NCBI GenBank assembly: GCA_017550115.1
Contig: JAFYLR010000005.1
Location: forward strand, 1 to 56,953
Length of the DNA: 56,953 nt
Source: Clostridia bacterium
Lineage (GTDB): Bacteria; Bacillota; Clostridia; Oscillospirales; CAG-272
Reading direction: 5' to 3'
The notes beneath the pieces were generated by a model. It searched no databases. It saw only the letters and a list, made by a program, of their open reading frames with translations, and was not told the origin of the DNA. Made by a program: the position numbers and the translations under genes. Below, piece after piece: positions 44,735 to 52,144 of the stretch (position 1 is its first letter; the number at the start of each line of letters is the position of its first letter).

Positions 44735-46273
44735 TTACATAAAATTGATGATCTGCTCGTCATCTGCCGCCAAAATTCTCTTCATAGCGATCCTGCGACG
44801 AACGTTATTTGTAAGAACTGCTTTGAAACCGAGAACCTGTATTGTAATAAGCGGTGTCATTGCAACCATCGCAACTATACCGAAGGCAAGACTCATGATC
44901 TTTGCTTCCCCCTGAAGTGCATAGCAAACGCCTACCGATAAGGGTAATATAAATCCGGAAGTCAGAGGGCCACTCGCAACTCCGCCCGAGTCAAATGCAA
45001 TAGCGGTATAAATACCGGGGACGAAAAATGAAAGACCGAGAGAGATAAAATATCCCGGAATAACGTAATAAAGAATGTTAAAATCAAAAATTATACGCAA
45101 CATCGAAAGTCCGAGAGATATACCGACACCTGCCGAGAGTGCAACCATCATAGACTTACGGCTGACAGTGCCGTCCGTAATATCCTCGACCTGCTTATTA
45201 AGCACGTGAACCGCAGGCTCCGCCAAAACAACGACGGTACCCAGAACGAATCCGAAGATAACTATCACCGCACTCGGTGCCTCCGCAATTTCCGTACCTA
45301 TCTTATAACCGATCGGCATATATCCAACGTTAACAGCTGTAAGGAAGATCACAAGACCTATAAACGTATAAGCTATACCAACCGATATACGCATCAATTT
45401 TTTGTTCGGGAGCTTCAAGCAGAATATCTGAAGAATAACGAAGAATGCAACTATAAGTCCAAGTGCTATTGCAACCTCCTCCGTCGTATGAAAAATCCTC
45501 TCAAAAAGTGCTTTGCCGAGAAAATTGTCAACATTATAATCAGGGATAGCATAACCGATATCACCCTTTACACCGACTCCAAGCAACATAACGGCAAGGA
45601 TCGGGCCGATAGAACACATTGCGATAAGACCGAAGCTGTTCTCTCCCACATTTTTACCGCCCAAGGTCGCCGCAATACCAACGCCGAGAGCCATGATAAA
45701 CGGAACCGTTATCGGACCGGTCGTAACTCCACCCGAATCGAACGCAAGAGCCAAAAAGGACTCGTTCCCACCGAGGATCACAAGCGATGCCATAGCAAAA
45801 AGCAACATATAGAAAAAGATGAGCATAGAAGAAAGCTGTTTTTTGAATATGATCTTGAGCACAGACAACAAAAGAAATAATCCAACACCTACTCCAACTG
45901 TAAAAATAAGCGTCGTTCCGTCAATTACCTCAGCCACTTGTGCGGCAAGAACCGATAGATCAGGCTCTGCCACAGTTATCAAAAGCCCCATAAGAAAGCA
46001 TACAGACAAAAGCAATTTTACATTACGTGAACTCGAAAGTCCGGCACCTACATGCTCTCCCATAGGAGTCATTGCTATGTCCGCACCGAGATTGAACATT
46101 GCAATTCCAATAATAAGAAAAAGCGTCGACACCAAAAATACGCATAATTCTTTTGTTGTCAAGTTAATAAGTGGCGTCAAATTAAGAATGAAAACTATAA
46201 TAGCCACAAACATCACTGAAGTTGTCGCTTCCTTTATTTTCTTCAGCAAAATGTTTCCCAAGTCGGCATACAC
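44735..46273 (-). CDS. fused double-DUF1538 polytopic membrane protein
   Basis: 512 aa, highly hydrophobic. There is an internal duplication: AFDSGGVTTGPITVPFIMALGVG in the N half and AFDSGGVASGPLTSGFILPLSVG in the C half. The family call is from memory of DUF1538. Confidence 0.7.
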   Translation of the reverse strand: MYADLGNILLKKIKEATTSVMFVAIIVFILNLTPLINLTTKELCVFLVSTLFLIIGIAMFNLGADIAMTPMGEHVGAGLSSSRNVKLLLSVCFLMGLLITVAEPDLSVLAAQVAEVIDGTTLIFTVGVGVGLFLLLSVLKIIFKKQLSSMLIFFYMLLFAMASLVILGGNESFLALAFDSGGVTTGPITVPFIMALGVGIAATLGGKNVGENSFGLIAMCSIGPILAVMLLGVGVKGDIGYAIPDYNVDNFLGKALFERIFHTTEEVAIALGLIVAFFVILQIFCLKLPNKKLMRISVGIAYTFIGLVIFLTAVNVGYMPIGYKIGTEIAEAPSAVIVIFGFVLGTVVVLAEPAVHVLNKQVEDITDGTVSRKSMMVALSAGVGISLGLSMLRIIFDFNILYYVIPGYFISLGLSFFVPGIYTAIAFDSGGVASGPLTSGFILPLSVGVCYALQGEAKIMSLAFGIVAMVAMTPLITIQVLGFKAVLTNNVRRRIAMKRILAADDEQIINFM

Positions 46274-46300
46274 TCCTTCAAATACAACTTATATGATAAT

Positions 46301-46329
46301 ATTATACCATATATATCGCGATGCGTCAA
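46301..46329 (-). promoter_or_regulatory. promoter of the DUF1538/P-II operon: TTGACG-N17-TATAAT with extended -10 TG
   Basis: On the minus strand: TTGACG (46329-46324), a 17-nt spacer ending in TGG, and TATAAT (46306-46301). A short leader of about 25 nt runs to the GGAG RBS. Confidence 0.65.
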
Positions 46330-46389
46330 GGAATTTTACTGTTCAAAATTCTATACTAAAAAGCCATACTCTTTGAATTTTTAGAGGGG

Positions 46390-46432
46390 ATAATAAAAGC
46401 CCCGAGATGTTGCCAAAGGCAACAGCACGGGG
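46390..46432 (-). terminator. terminator after the B12-regulated operon
   Basis: CCCCGTGCTGTTGCC-ttt-GGCAACATCTCGGGG followed by CTTTTATTA on the minus strand. Confidence 0.7.
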
Positions 46433-46437
46433 TATAT

Positions 46438-47010
46438 TTATATTTTTTTGATATTTTTGTATGGTGGCGGCAGATGTTCCAGGCGACAAAGAATAGTCGC
46501 AAGGGGTATGATTATCACAGATACCGCTAAATTAGCGCATCCGTGAATCATATCAAACACAAAGCCCGAAGCTATCCAGGCAAGCGTTGCTTTGAAGTCA
46601 AGACCAAACATCAATGCCTCGGCAGGAGCGTACAATATTCCAAAAAGGAACCCGTGCAATCCCGCCACAACAGAACAAATTACCGTCGTAATACCTACAT
46701 GAAGCCTTCTCGGGATCAGCATTGCCAATCCCCAAAGAATAGTCCATATGTAAAGATACGGTAACCACCACATATTAAACGTACCGTATAAGCCAATAAG
46801 AAAAACATACAAATATATCGGAATAAGTGCTTTTACCCGATACACAAGCGTATATGCGATTATCAGCGGTGCAAGAAAGTGAACGTTCGGTGCCCAATCC
46901 ATAAACGCATCTGCAATATATAATAACGTTCCAAGCATCGAAAAAATCACAAGCTCTCTTATGTGGTTTATGTAGCGTTTTCTGTTCCCCTTAACAGGAG
47001 CCATACTCAA
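46438..47010 (-). CDS. polytopic membrane protein, putative vitamin (cobalamin-type) S-component-like transporter subunit
   Basis: 190 aa with 5-6 TM segments. Directly abuts the DUF4430 gene behind a cobalamin riboswitch. Function inferred from context only. Confidence 0.5.
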   Translation of the reverse strand: MSMAPVKGNRKRYINHIRELVIFSMLGTLLYIADAFMDWAPNVHFLAPLIIAYTLVYRVKALIPIYLYVFLIGLYGTFNMWWLPYLYIWTILWGLAMLIPRRLHVGITTVICSVVAGLHGFLFGILYAPAEALMFGLDFKATLAWIASGFVFDMIHGCANLAVSVIIIPLATILCRLEHLPPPYKNIKKI

Positions 47011-47454
47011 TTACCCTTTAGTATATTCAATACTGAAAACATCACCATCGGAAATCGGAGTTGTATCGATACCCGTACTCAGATACGAACCGTCCTTATA
47101 AAAAGACCAATACGCACCATCAGCATCATAATCCGCTCTCTCGCCGTTAACGACCTTTACATAAAGGCCGTACATACTCTCGTCACCTTCAACAAGATTT
47201 TCCTGTTCAAGTGCACCGCGAAGAAATTCTTCGCTTGTCGTGATCACAAAATCGGTCACCACACCGTTTGAGTTCTTGACCTTCACCGTAATTGTAATCT
47301 CGGCTCTTTCTGTGTCACTTCCGTCATTTTCGGAGACTGCGTTACTGTCACCACCATTGTTATTTCCGCAAGATACAAGCGTAAACATCATCGCCGCAAC
47401 GACAACGAACACAAGCATAAGCGAAAACAAACGCATAAGATTTGTTTTTTTCAT
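47011..47454 (-). CDS. DUF4430-family lipoprotein (transcobalamin-like C-terminal-domain fold)
   Basis: Start moved to the ATG at 47454 (MKKTNLMRLF...). Lipobox LVSC. YWSFYKDGSYLSTGIDTTPISDGDVFSIEY is typical of DUF4430. Confidence 0.7.
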   Translation of the reverse strand: MKKTNLMRLFSLMLVFVVVAAMMFTLVSCGNNNGGDSNAVSENDGSDTERAEITITVKVKNSNGVVTDFVITTSEEFLRGALEQENLVEGDESMYGLYVKVVNGERADYDADGAYWSFYKDGSYLSTGIDTTPISDGDVFSIEYTKG

Positions 47455-47534
47455 GCTTAAATTCCTTTCTTTTTTTGGGCTCATGTCCCCATTCTTCAAG
47501 ATATACAGCAAAGCAACAGCCTGACATCGAGGCG

Positions 47535-47725
47535 CCTGTCTTTTTCGGGGCAAGTATTCCGACTCTGAGCATAAGGAACGGCCTTCTCGGATATCTCCAA
47601 TGACCTTTTACGGATCTGTTGCGGCAGATCTGTTCCCCGCTTTTTTCATCACGGCGACGGGCTCGTTTGGGATTTTCACCCAATTCCATATTAAACCCTT
47701 GCGGGTACCCCTGCAAATATATCAA
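47535..47725 (-). promoter_or_regulatory. cobalamin (B12) riboswitch
   Basis: Minus strand GGAATTGGGTGAAAATCCCAAACGAGCCCGTCGCCGTGA...GCGGGGAA...GGTCATTGG...CCGAGAAGGCC...AGAGTCGGAATACTTGCC, the last element being B12-box-like. Confidence 0.8.
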
Positions 47726-47730
47726 CTGGT

Positions 47731-47759
47731 ATTTTAGCACAAAAGCCTCTATATGTCAA
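47731..47759 (-). promoter_or_regulatory. promoter of the B12 riboswitch operon: TTGACA-N17-TAAAAT with extended -10 TG
   Basis: On the minus strand: TTGACA (47759-47754), a 17-nt spacer ending in TGC, and TAAAAT (47736-47731). Confidence 0.65.
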
Positions 47760-47797
47760 CATTTAAAACAAAATTGCCACAAAAAGTAATTTCTGTA

Positions 47798-47826
47798 TTG
47801 ACATAAAAAAACAGATGTGTTATAAT
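47798..47826 (+). promoter_or_regulatory. promoter of the SLH gene: TTGACA-N17-TATAAT with extended -10 TG
   Basis: TTGACA at 47798-47803, a 17-nt spacer ending in TGT, and TATAAT at 47821-47826. Confidence 0.65.
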
Positions 47827-47983
47827 ATAAAAAAGTCCGAAAATCACGGTTGTGTTTTGGCGATTTTGAACAATTTTTGGGAGTTTCAATTGTCAAAAAC
47901 AACTCAAAAACGGAAATTTTTGAACAGAGCCGATATGAAATCACAGGCTTATGCGAAAAACAAATTATATGGAGGCAAAAATC

Positions 47984-49024
47984 ATGAAAAAAACCTTAAG
48001 TAGAGCATTGGCAGTACTCCTTTGTGTGCTTATGCTTGCAACGACACTTATCTTCACTTCCGCTGCATCCTACAACGATGTAAAAAAAGGTGATTGGTAT
48101 GAAGACTTTGTTGGCTATATGTCAAAAAAGGACATTATTAACGGTTATACCGACAACACATTCCGCCCTAACGATTTCGTAAAGCGTTGCGAATTCATCA
48201 AAATGATGGTTGAAGCTTTCGGTCTCACAACCGAAGCTGACATCGATTTCGAAGATGTTAACAGCAACGATTGGTATTATACATATTACCGCAAGGCAGC
48301 AGCACAAGGCTTCCTTGGAAAGATTTTCAAGGGTACAAAAATGGAACCTCAGAAGTACTTGACTCGTGAAGAGGCTGCAGGTCTTCTTATGGCTTATCTT
48401 AACTATTCCAAGAACGCAAAAGCCTCCGAATCAACCTTCGCTGACTTTAACACAATCTCTGCTGAATACAAGGACTACGTTCTTCAGGCAGCTAAAGCAG
48501 GCATTATAAACGGTTTCGAAAAGGATGGCGTATATAACTTCCGTCCCACAGAAACTCTCCGTCGTGCACAGGCTGCAAAGATACTTTCCGTTTCTGCAGG
48601 TACTATAGCCGATAAGGATATGTATGATGAGCTCGAATTTGATGGCAGTGACAACCTTACCGTTACAGCTGCTGTAACTCTTACAAATATCTACATACCC
48701 GGTAATGTTATCATCTCCGAGGGTATTACGAATGGTACTGTTAAGTTCGTAAATTGTACGATCGGCGGCAATATTTACGACCGTAGCACAGCTAATGTTG
48801 AGTTCAAGAATAACGGTGATGTTGTTGTTCCTGATGATACAGAATCTTCTGCTCCTGATACAGAATCTTCTGCTCCCGACACAGAGTCTTCTGCTCCCGA
48901 TACAGAGTCTTCTGCTCCCGACACAGAATCTTCTGCTCCCGATACAGAGTCTTCTGCTCCCGACACAGAGTCCTCCGGACCTGAAACAGAAGACAACGAC
49001 GGTTGGATTGGTGTAACACCGTAA
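47984..49024 (+). CDS. SLH-domain cell-surface protein with a C-terminal DTESSAP heptad repeat
   Basis: Start moved to the ATG at 47984, preceded by GGAGG. Signal peptide present. SLH motifs: YNDVKKGDWYEDFVGYM...INGYTDNTFRPNDFVKRCEF, then two further SLH-like segments. Confidence 0.8.
   Translation: MKKTLSRALAVLLCVLMLATTLIFTSAASYNDVKKGDWYEDFVGYMSKKDIINGYTDNTFRPNDFVKRCEFIKMMVEAFGLTTEADIDFEDVNSNDWYYTYYRKAAAQGFLGKIFKGTKMEPQKYLTREEAAGLLMAYLNYSKNAKASESTFADFNTISAEYKDYVLQAAKAGIINGFEKDGVYNFRPTETLRRAQAAKILSVSAGTIADKDMYDELEFDGSDNLTVTAAVTLTNIYIPGNVIISEGITNGTVKFVNCTIGGNIYDRSTANVEFKNNGDVVVPDDTESSAPDTESSAPDTESSAPDTESSAPDTESSAPDTESSAPDTESSGPETEDNDGWIGVTP
48836..48982 (+). repeat. 7 x 21-bp in-frame tandem repeat (GAYACAGARTCTTCTGCTCCY) encoding DTESSAP
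   Basis: Read directly from the sequence. Copies 1-6 differ only at synonymous third positions. Copy 7 encodes DTESSGP. Confidence 0.95.
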
Positions 49025-49037
49025 ATTTAATAATTTT

Positions 49038-49071
49038 AGGGGATACCTTACCGGTATCCCCTTTATTTTTT
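49038..49071 (+). terminator. intrinsic terminator after the SLH gene
   Basis: AGGGGATACC-ttac-CGGTATCCCCT followed by TTATTTTTT. Confidence 0.8.
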
Positions 49072-49078
49072 ATAATTA

Positions 49079-49110
49079 GAACGAGGGCGGTATATTTACC
49101 GCCCTCGTTC
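49079..49110. terminator. GC-rich hairpin between convergent genes (possible terminator for the anti-sigma gene)
   Basis: GAACGAGGGCGG-tatattta-CCGCCCTCGTTC. No clean U-tract on the minus strand. Confidence 0.45.
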
Positions 49111-49114
49111 TATA

Positions 49115-49858
49115 TTATTTAGGAAGTCTTACAAGAGTTCCTCTTTTGTACAAAAAGAAGCATTTTGATAAATCATCTTTGCTATATAATACGATTGATT
49201 GACAATCCGTTTTGCTGGTATAACAATACGCCTCGCAATTCACAGATGCAGCAGTCTCAGCTTCATCAGCAGGTACGTCTATTGCTTCTTCTTGACATTG
49301 AATTTTAGACATAAAATCATCCTCTAAAGATTTATCATCTTTGCTCACATAAAAATTGGACGCATCAGAATTTTCAATCTCTGCCACTTGCTCCTCAGTT
49401 GCATATAAATTTCCGTCGTCCTTGTCAAATTCAGCTCCGCCGCTTATATCATACGACATGGATTTGCCATTTGCATTTTCTGCACTAAAATCCATACTGG
49501 TCTTGAACATAGGACTGTTAATAACAGCAAGGCAAAGAACCGCCGCAACTCCCGCTCCGCACCAAAGTCCGATTTTACGCATACGAGACGATATGCTGAT
49601 CTTTTCTTTTGCCTTCTGCACATTTACCGATTCCATTATCTTCAAATGAAGATCGTCCGGTATATCAACTGTTTGTCTGACGCACAGCGAAATATCGGAG
49701 AAGTGCTCCAAAAGTTCTCTGCAATCATTACAGCTTTCTATATGATTTCTAATTTTTTCAGCGTCATTTGCCTCAAGCTCACCATCAAGATATGCAGAGA
49801 TATCTTCACGAACTCTATCGCAATCCAACACCGTTAAATTATCTTTATCATCTATCAT
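49115..49858 (-). CDS. zf-HC2 anti-sigma factor, single-pass membrane protein
   Basis: Sequence CDRVREDISAYLDGELEANDAEKIRNHIESCNDCRELL followed by the TM segment IGLWCGAGVAAVLCLAVI. The ATG at 49858 is preferred over the GTG at 49876. Confidence 0.75.
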   Translation of the reverse strand: MIDDKDNLTVLDCDRVREDISAYLDGELEANDAEKIRNHIESCNDCRELLEHFSDISLCVRQTVDIPDDLHLKIMESVNVQKAKEKISISSRMRKIGLWCGAGVAAVLCLAVINSPMFKTSMDFSAENANGKSMSYDISGGAEFDKDDGNLYATEEQVAEIENSDASNFYVSKDDKSLEDDFMSKIQCQEEAIDVPADEAETAASVNCEAYCYTSKTDCQSIVLYSKDDLSKCFFLYKRGTLVRLPK

Positions 49859-49905
49859 AAATAAGTATCCTTTCACATCTGGTGCTATATAATAGACGGA
49901 CTATT

Positions 49906-50544
49906 TTAGAAAATGTTCCGCTTTTGAAGATATTCTTTTACTAAATTTCTCGCCCTGAATATCTTACTCTTAACGGTACCCATTTCAATCCCCATTATAT
50001 CACTTATTTCTTTATAAGAAAGTCCCTCGGTTTCCCTCAAAATAAGAATCTGACGATAATCGTCGTCAAGAGAAGCGATAGCCGCCCGAACTGCTTCAAT
50101 CTGTTCTTTTCTCTCATAAGAACGCACAGGATCAGATGATATATCATCATCTGCTATCTCAATTTCCTTTGTCTCACCCTCACTATCCGTTACCGTTAGT
50201 GTATCACTGCGCCTTATACTTTGCTTTCTCAAAAAATCAAGCGAACAATTCCTCGTCATTCGCAATATATAGGAGTACCACGACTTTATTTGGGTGAAAT
50301 CACTCTCGCCCAACAGCATCTGCCATAATTTTATAAATGTCTCTTGAGAGACGTCAAGAGCATCTTCACTATTTCTAGTTATTTGATATGCAAGTTCGTA
50401 AACACCCTTCTCGCATATAGAAACGATCTCTTCAAACGCTCTGTCGCTCCCCTTACCAGATCTAACTTTTTGAGCCAATCTCAAAATTCGCTCATCTCTA
50501 CTCTGCGACGAGCTTTGCGAAAAAAACTCAAGTATTTCTGCCAT
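49906..50544 (-). CDS. ECF-type sigma-70 family RNA polymerase sigma factor
   Basis: Region 2 DALDVSQETFIKLW and a region 4 HTH LSYKEISDIMGIEMGTVKSKIFRAR. GGAGGAG RBS. Confidence 0.85.
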   Translation of the reverse strand: MAEILEFFSQSSSQSRDERILRLAQKVRSGKGSDRAFEEIVSICEKGVYELAYQITRNSEDALDVSQETFIKLWQMLLGESDFTQIKSWYSYILRMTRNCSLDFLRKQSIRRSDTLTVTDSEGETKEIEIADDDISSDPVRSYERKEQIEAVRAAIASLDDDYRQILILRETEGLSYKEISDIMGIEMGTVKSKIFRARNLVKEYLQKRNIF

Positions 50545-50580
50545 AGTCTCCTCCTTTCCTCTTATTTTTTGAGAAAAATA

Positions 50581-51624
50581 TCAATTTTTGCACTCAGCGA
50601 CAATTTCCTCTACTATACTTTTTACATCTTCAAGTGTTTCAGCAGAATTTATGCGGTGTCTTGCAGCAGCGGCACCGGACACCCCTTTTATATACCAAGA
50701 AACGTGTTTTCTTGCTTCTCTTGACGCAATATATTCGCCCTTCTCTTCTGCCATTCGATAGGCTTGTCCGAGAGCTGTATTCAACTTTTCGCGGAGTGAT
50801 GGATACGCATATATCTCCCCTGAAGTTAAGGCGCGGATTTCTCCGAATATCCAAGGATTTCCTAAAGCACCTCTGCCTATGGCGATACCGTCACAGTCGG
50901 TTATCTCATACATTCTCAAAGCATCTTCTGCCGTATATATATCTCCGTTTCCTACAACGGGAATTTTTACTGCTTTTTTCACTTCGGCAATAATACTATA
51001 GTCAGCTTTTCCCTCGTACATCTGAGCTCTTGTTCTTCCGTGTACGCAGATCATCGCCGCCCCGCTCTGCTCTACCATTTTTGCAAGCTCAGGGGCGTTT
51101 ATGCTTTCTCTGTCCCAGCCAAGACGCATCTTAACGGTCACAGGCAAATTCACCCTATCACAAACCGCACGAACTATCCTTGCGGCAAGGGAAGGATCTT
51201 TCATAAGCGCGCTTCCCTCTCCGTTATTCACAACTTTATGAACGGGGCACCCCATATTTATATCTATTGCAGTTGGTTTTGCCGTACTTTTATTTCCGAA
51301 ATAGTCCCCGCTTTCAATAAGCCCTGCCGCTTCCGCCATAAAAGAAGGCTCTCCGCCAAAAAGCTGAACGCTCATCGGAAGCTCCTCTTCTCTTACCGCC
51401 GCAAGCGGCGCTGTACGAGAAAGCTCTGTATTCTTTTTTTTGCATTTCTGTTCATAGCAAAGTGCCTTTGCGGAGATCATTTCGCTTACTGTAAGCTCCG
51501 CGCCGCAAGCTCGGCAAACTTCTCTGAATGCATAGTCTGTCGCCCCCGCCATCGGTGCTAAAACAAGACCGTGTTCTATTTTTGTCTCGCCGAGCGAAAA
51601 CCCTTTCAAATCAAGCTTTTTCAT
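50581..51624 (-). CDS. dusB: tRNA dihydrouridine synthase
   Basis: Motifs LAPMAGATDYAFR, INMGCP and VHGRTR. Confidence 0.9.
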   Translation of the reverse strand: MKKLDLKGFSLGETKIEHGLVLAPMAGATDYAFREVCRACGAELTVSEMISAKALCYEQKCKKKNTELSRTAPLAAVREEELPMSVQLFGGEPSFMAEAAGLIESGDYFGNKSTAKPTAIDINMGCPVHKVVNNGEGSALMKDPSLAARIVRAVCDRVNLPVTVKMRLGWDRESINAPELAKMVEQSGAAMICVHGRTRAQMYEGKADYSIIAEVKKAVKIPVVGNGDIYTAEDALRMYEITDCDGIAIGRGALGNPWIFGEIRALTSGEIYAYPSLREKLNTALGQAYRMAEEKGEYIASREARKHVSWYIKGVSGAAAARHRINSAETLEDVKSIVEEIVAECKN

Positions 51625-51660
51625 TGTATATCTTTCTTAAATTATAAATTTCAAACTTTA

Positions 51661-52140
51661 CTACTTGTGGTATTTAGTTCCTTTTATTATATTAAAAGCC
51701 CGATAAACCGCCTCAAGCAAAATAACTCTCATAAGCTGATGCGGAAAAGTCAGCTTTGATACAGAAAGCTTAAGATCACAAGCATTTTTTACACGATCAC
51801 TTAGCCCATGAGATGACCCAATAACAAAGCATATTTCGCTATGTTCTATCGTCCCTTTGTCAATAAGAAGAGCAAGTTCCTCAGATGAGAATTGCTTTCC
51901 CTCAACACACATTGCAATTTTATAAGCTTTCGGTGAAAGTAAAGGCATAATAACCTTAGCTTCACTCTCAAGTACCGTATTTATTTCATTTTGCGATGGG
52001 GAATCTCCTATTTTAGTCTCTTTCAACTGAATATTTTCAAAGCGGCAAAAGGCTCCAAGACGTTTAACGTACTCCGCCTCCGCTTCTCTAAGATACCCCT
52101 CTTTCAAATTTCCTATCGTTATAAATTTAACCGTTATCAT
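51661..52140 (-). CDS. rlmH: 23S rRNA (pseudouridine1915-N3)-methyltransferase
   Basis: 159 aa, SPOUT family. Starts MITVKFITIGNLKEGYLREAEAEYVKRL. Confidence 0.9.
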   Translation of the reverse strand: MITVKFITIGNLKEGYLREAEAEYVKRLGAFCRFENIQLKETKIGDSPSQNEINTVLESEAKVIMPLLSPKAYKIAMCVEGKQFSSEELALLIDKGTIEHSEICFVIGSSHGLSDRVKNACDLKLSVSKLTFPHQLMRVILLEAVYRAFNIIKGTKYHK

Positions 52141-52144
52141 ATCT

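Noticed and set aside
45206-46376. Two long + strand ORFs (224 and 185 aa) over the DUF1538 gene
   Set aside because: They are antisense to a hydrophobic membrane-protein gene. This is the Arg/Lys/Asn-rich mirror translation typical of the opposite strand of TM-rich genes.
47360-47740. 126-aa minus-strand ORF, and the longer 180-aa version of the DUF4430 ORF starting at 47553
   Set aside because: Both run through the cobalamin riboswitch. The lipoprotein signal peptide and an RBS-like AAAGGAA support the start at 47454.
48775-49019. Repeat-containing ORFs in other frames or on the other strand, and the possibility of a CRISPR array at the 21-bp repeats
   Set aside because: The repeats are directly adjacent with no spacers. 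They are in frame with, and internal to, the SLH protein ORF. This is a coding tandem repeat, not a CRISPR array, and the alternative-frame ORFs are by-products of the repeat.
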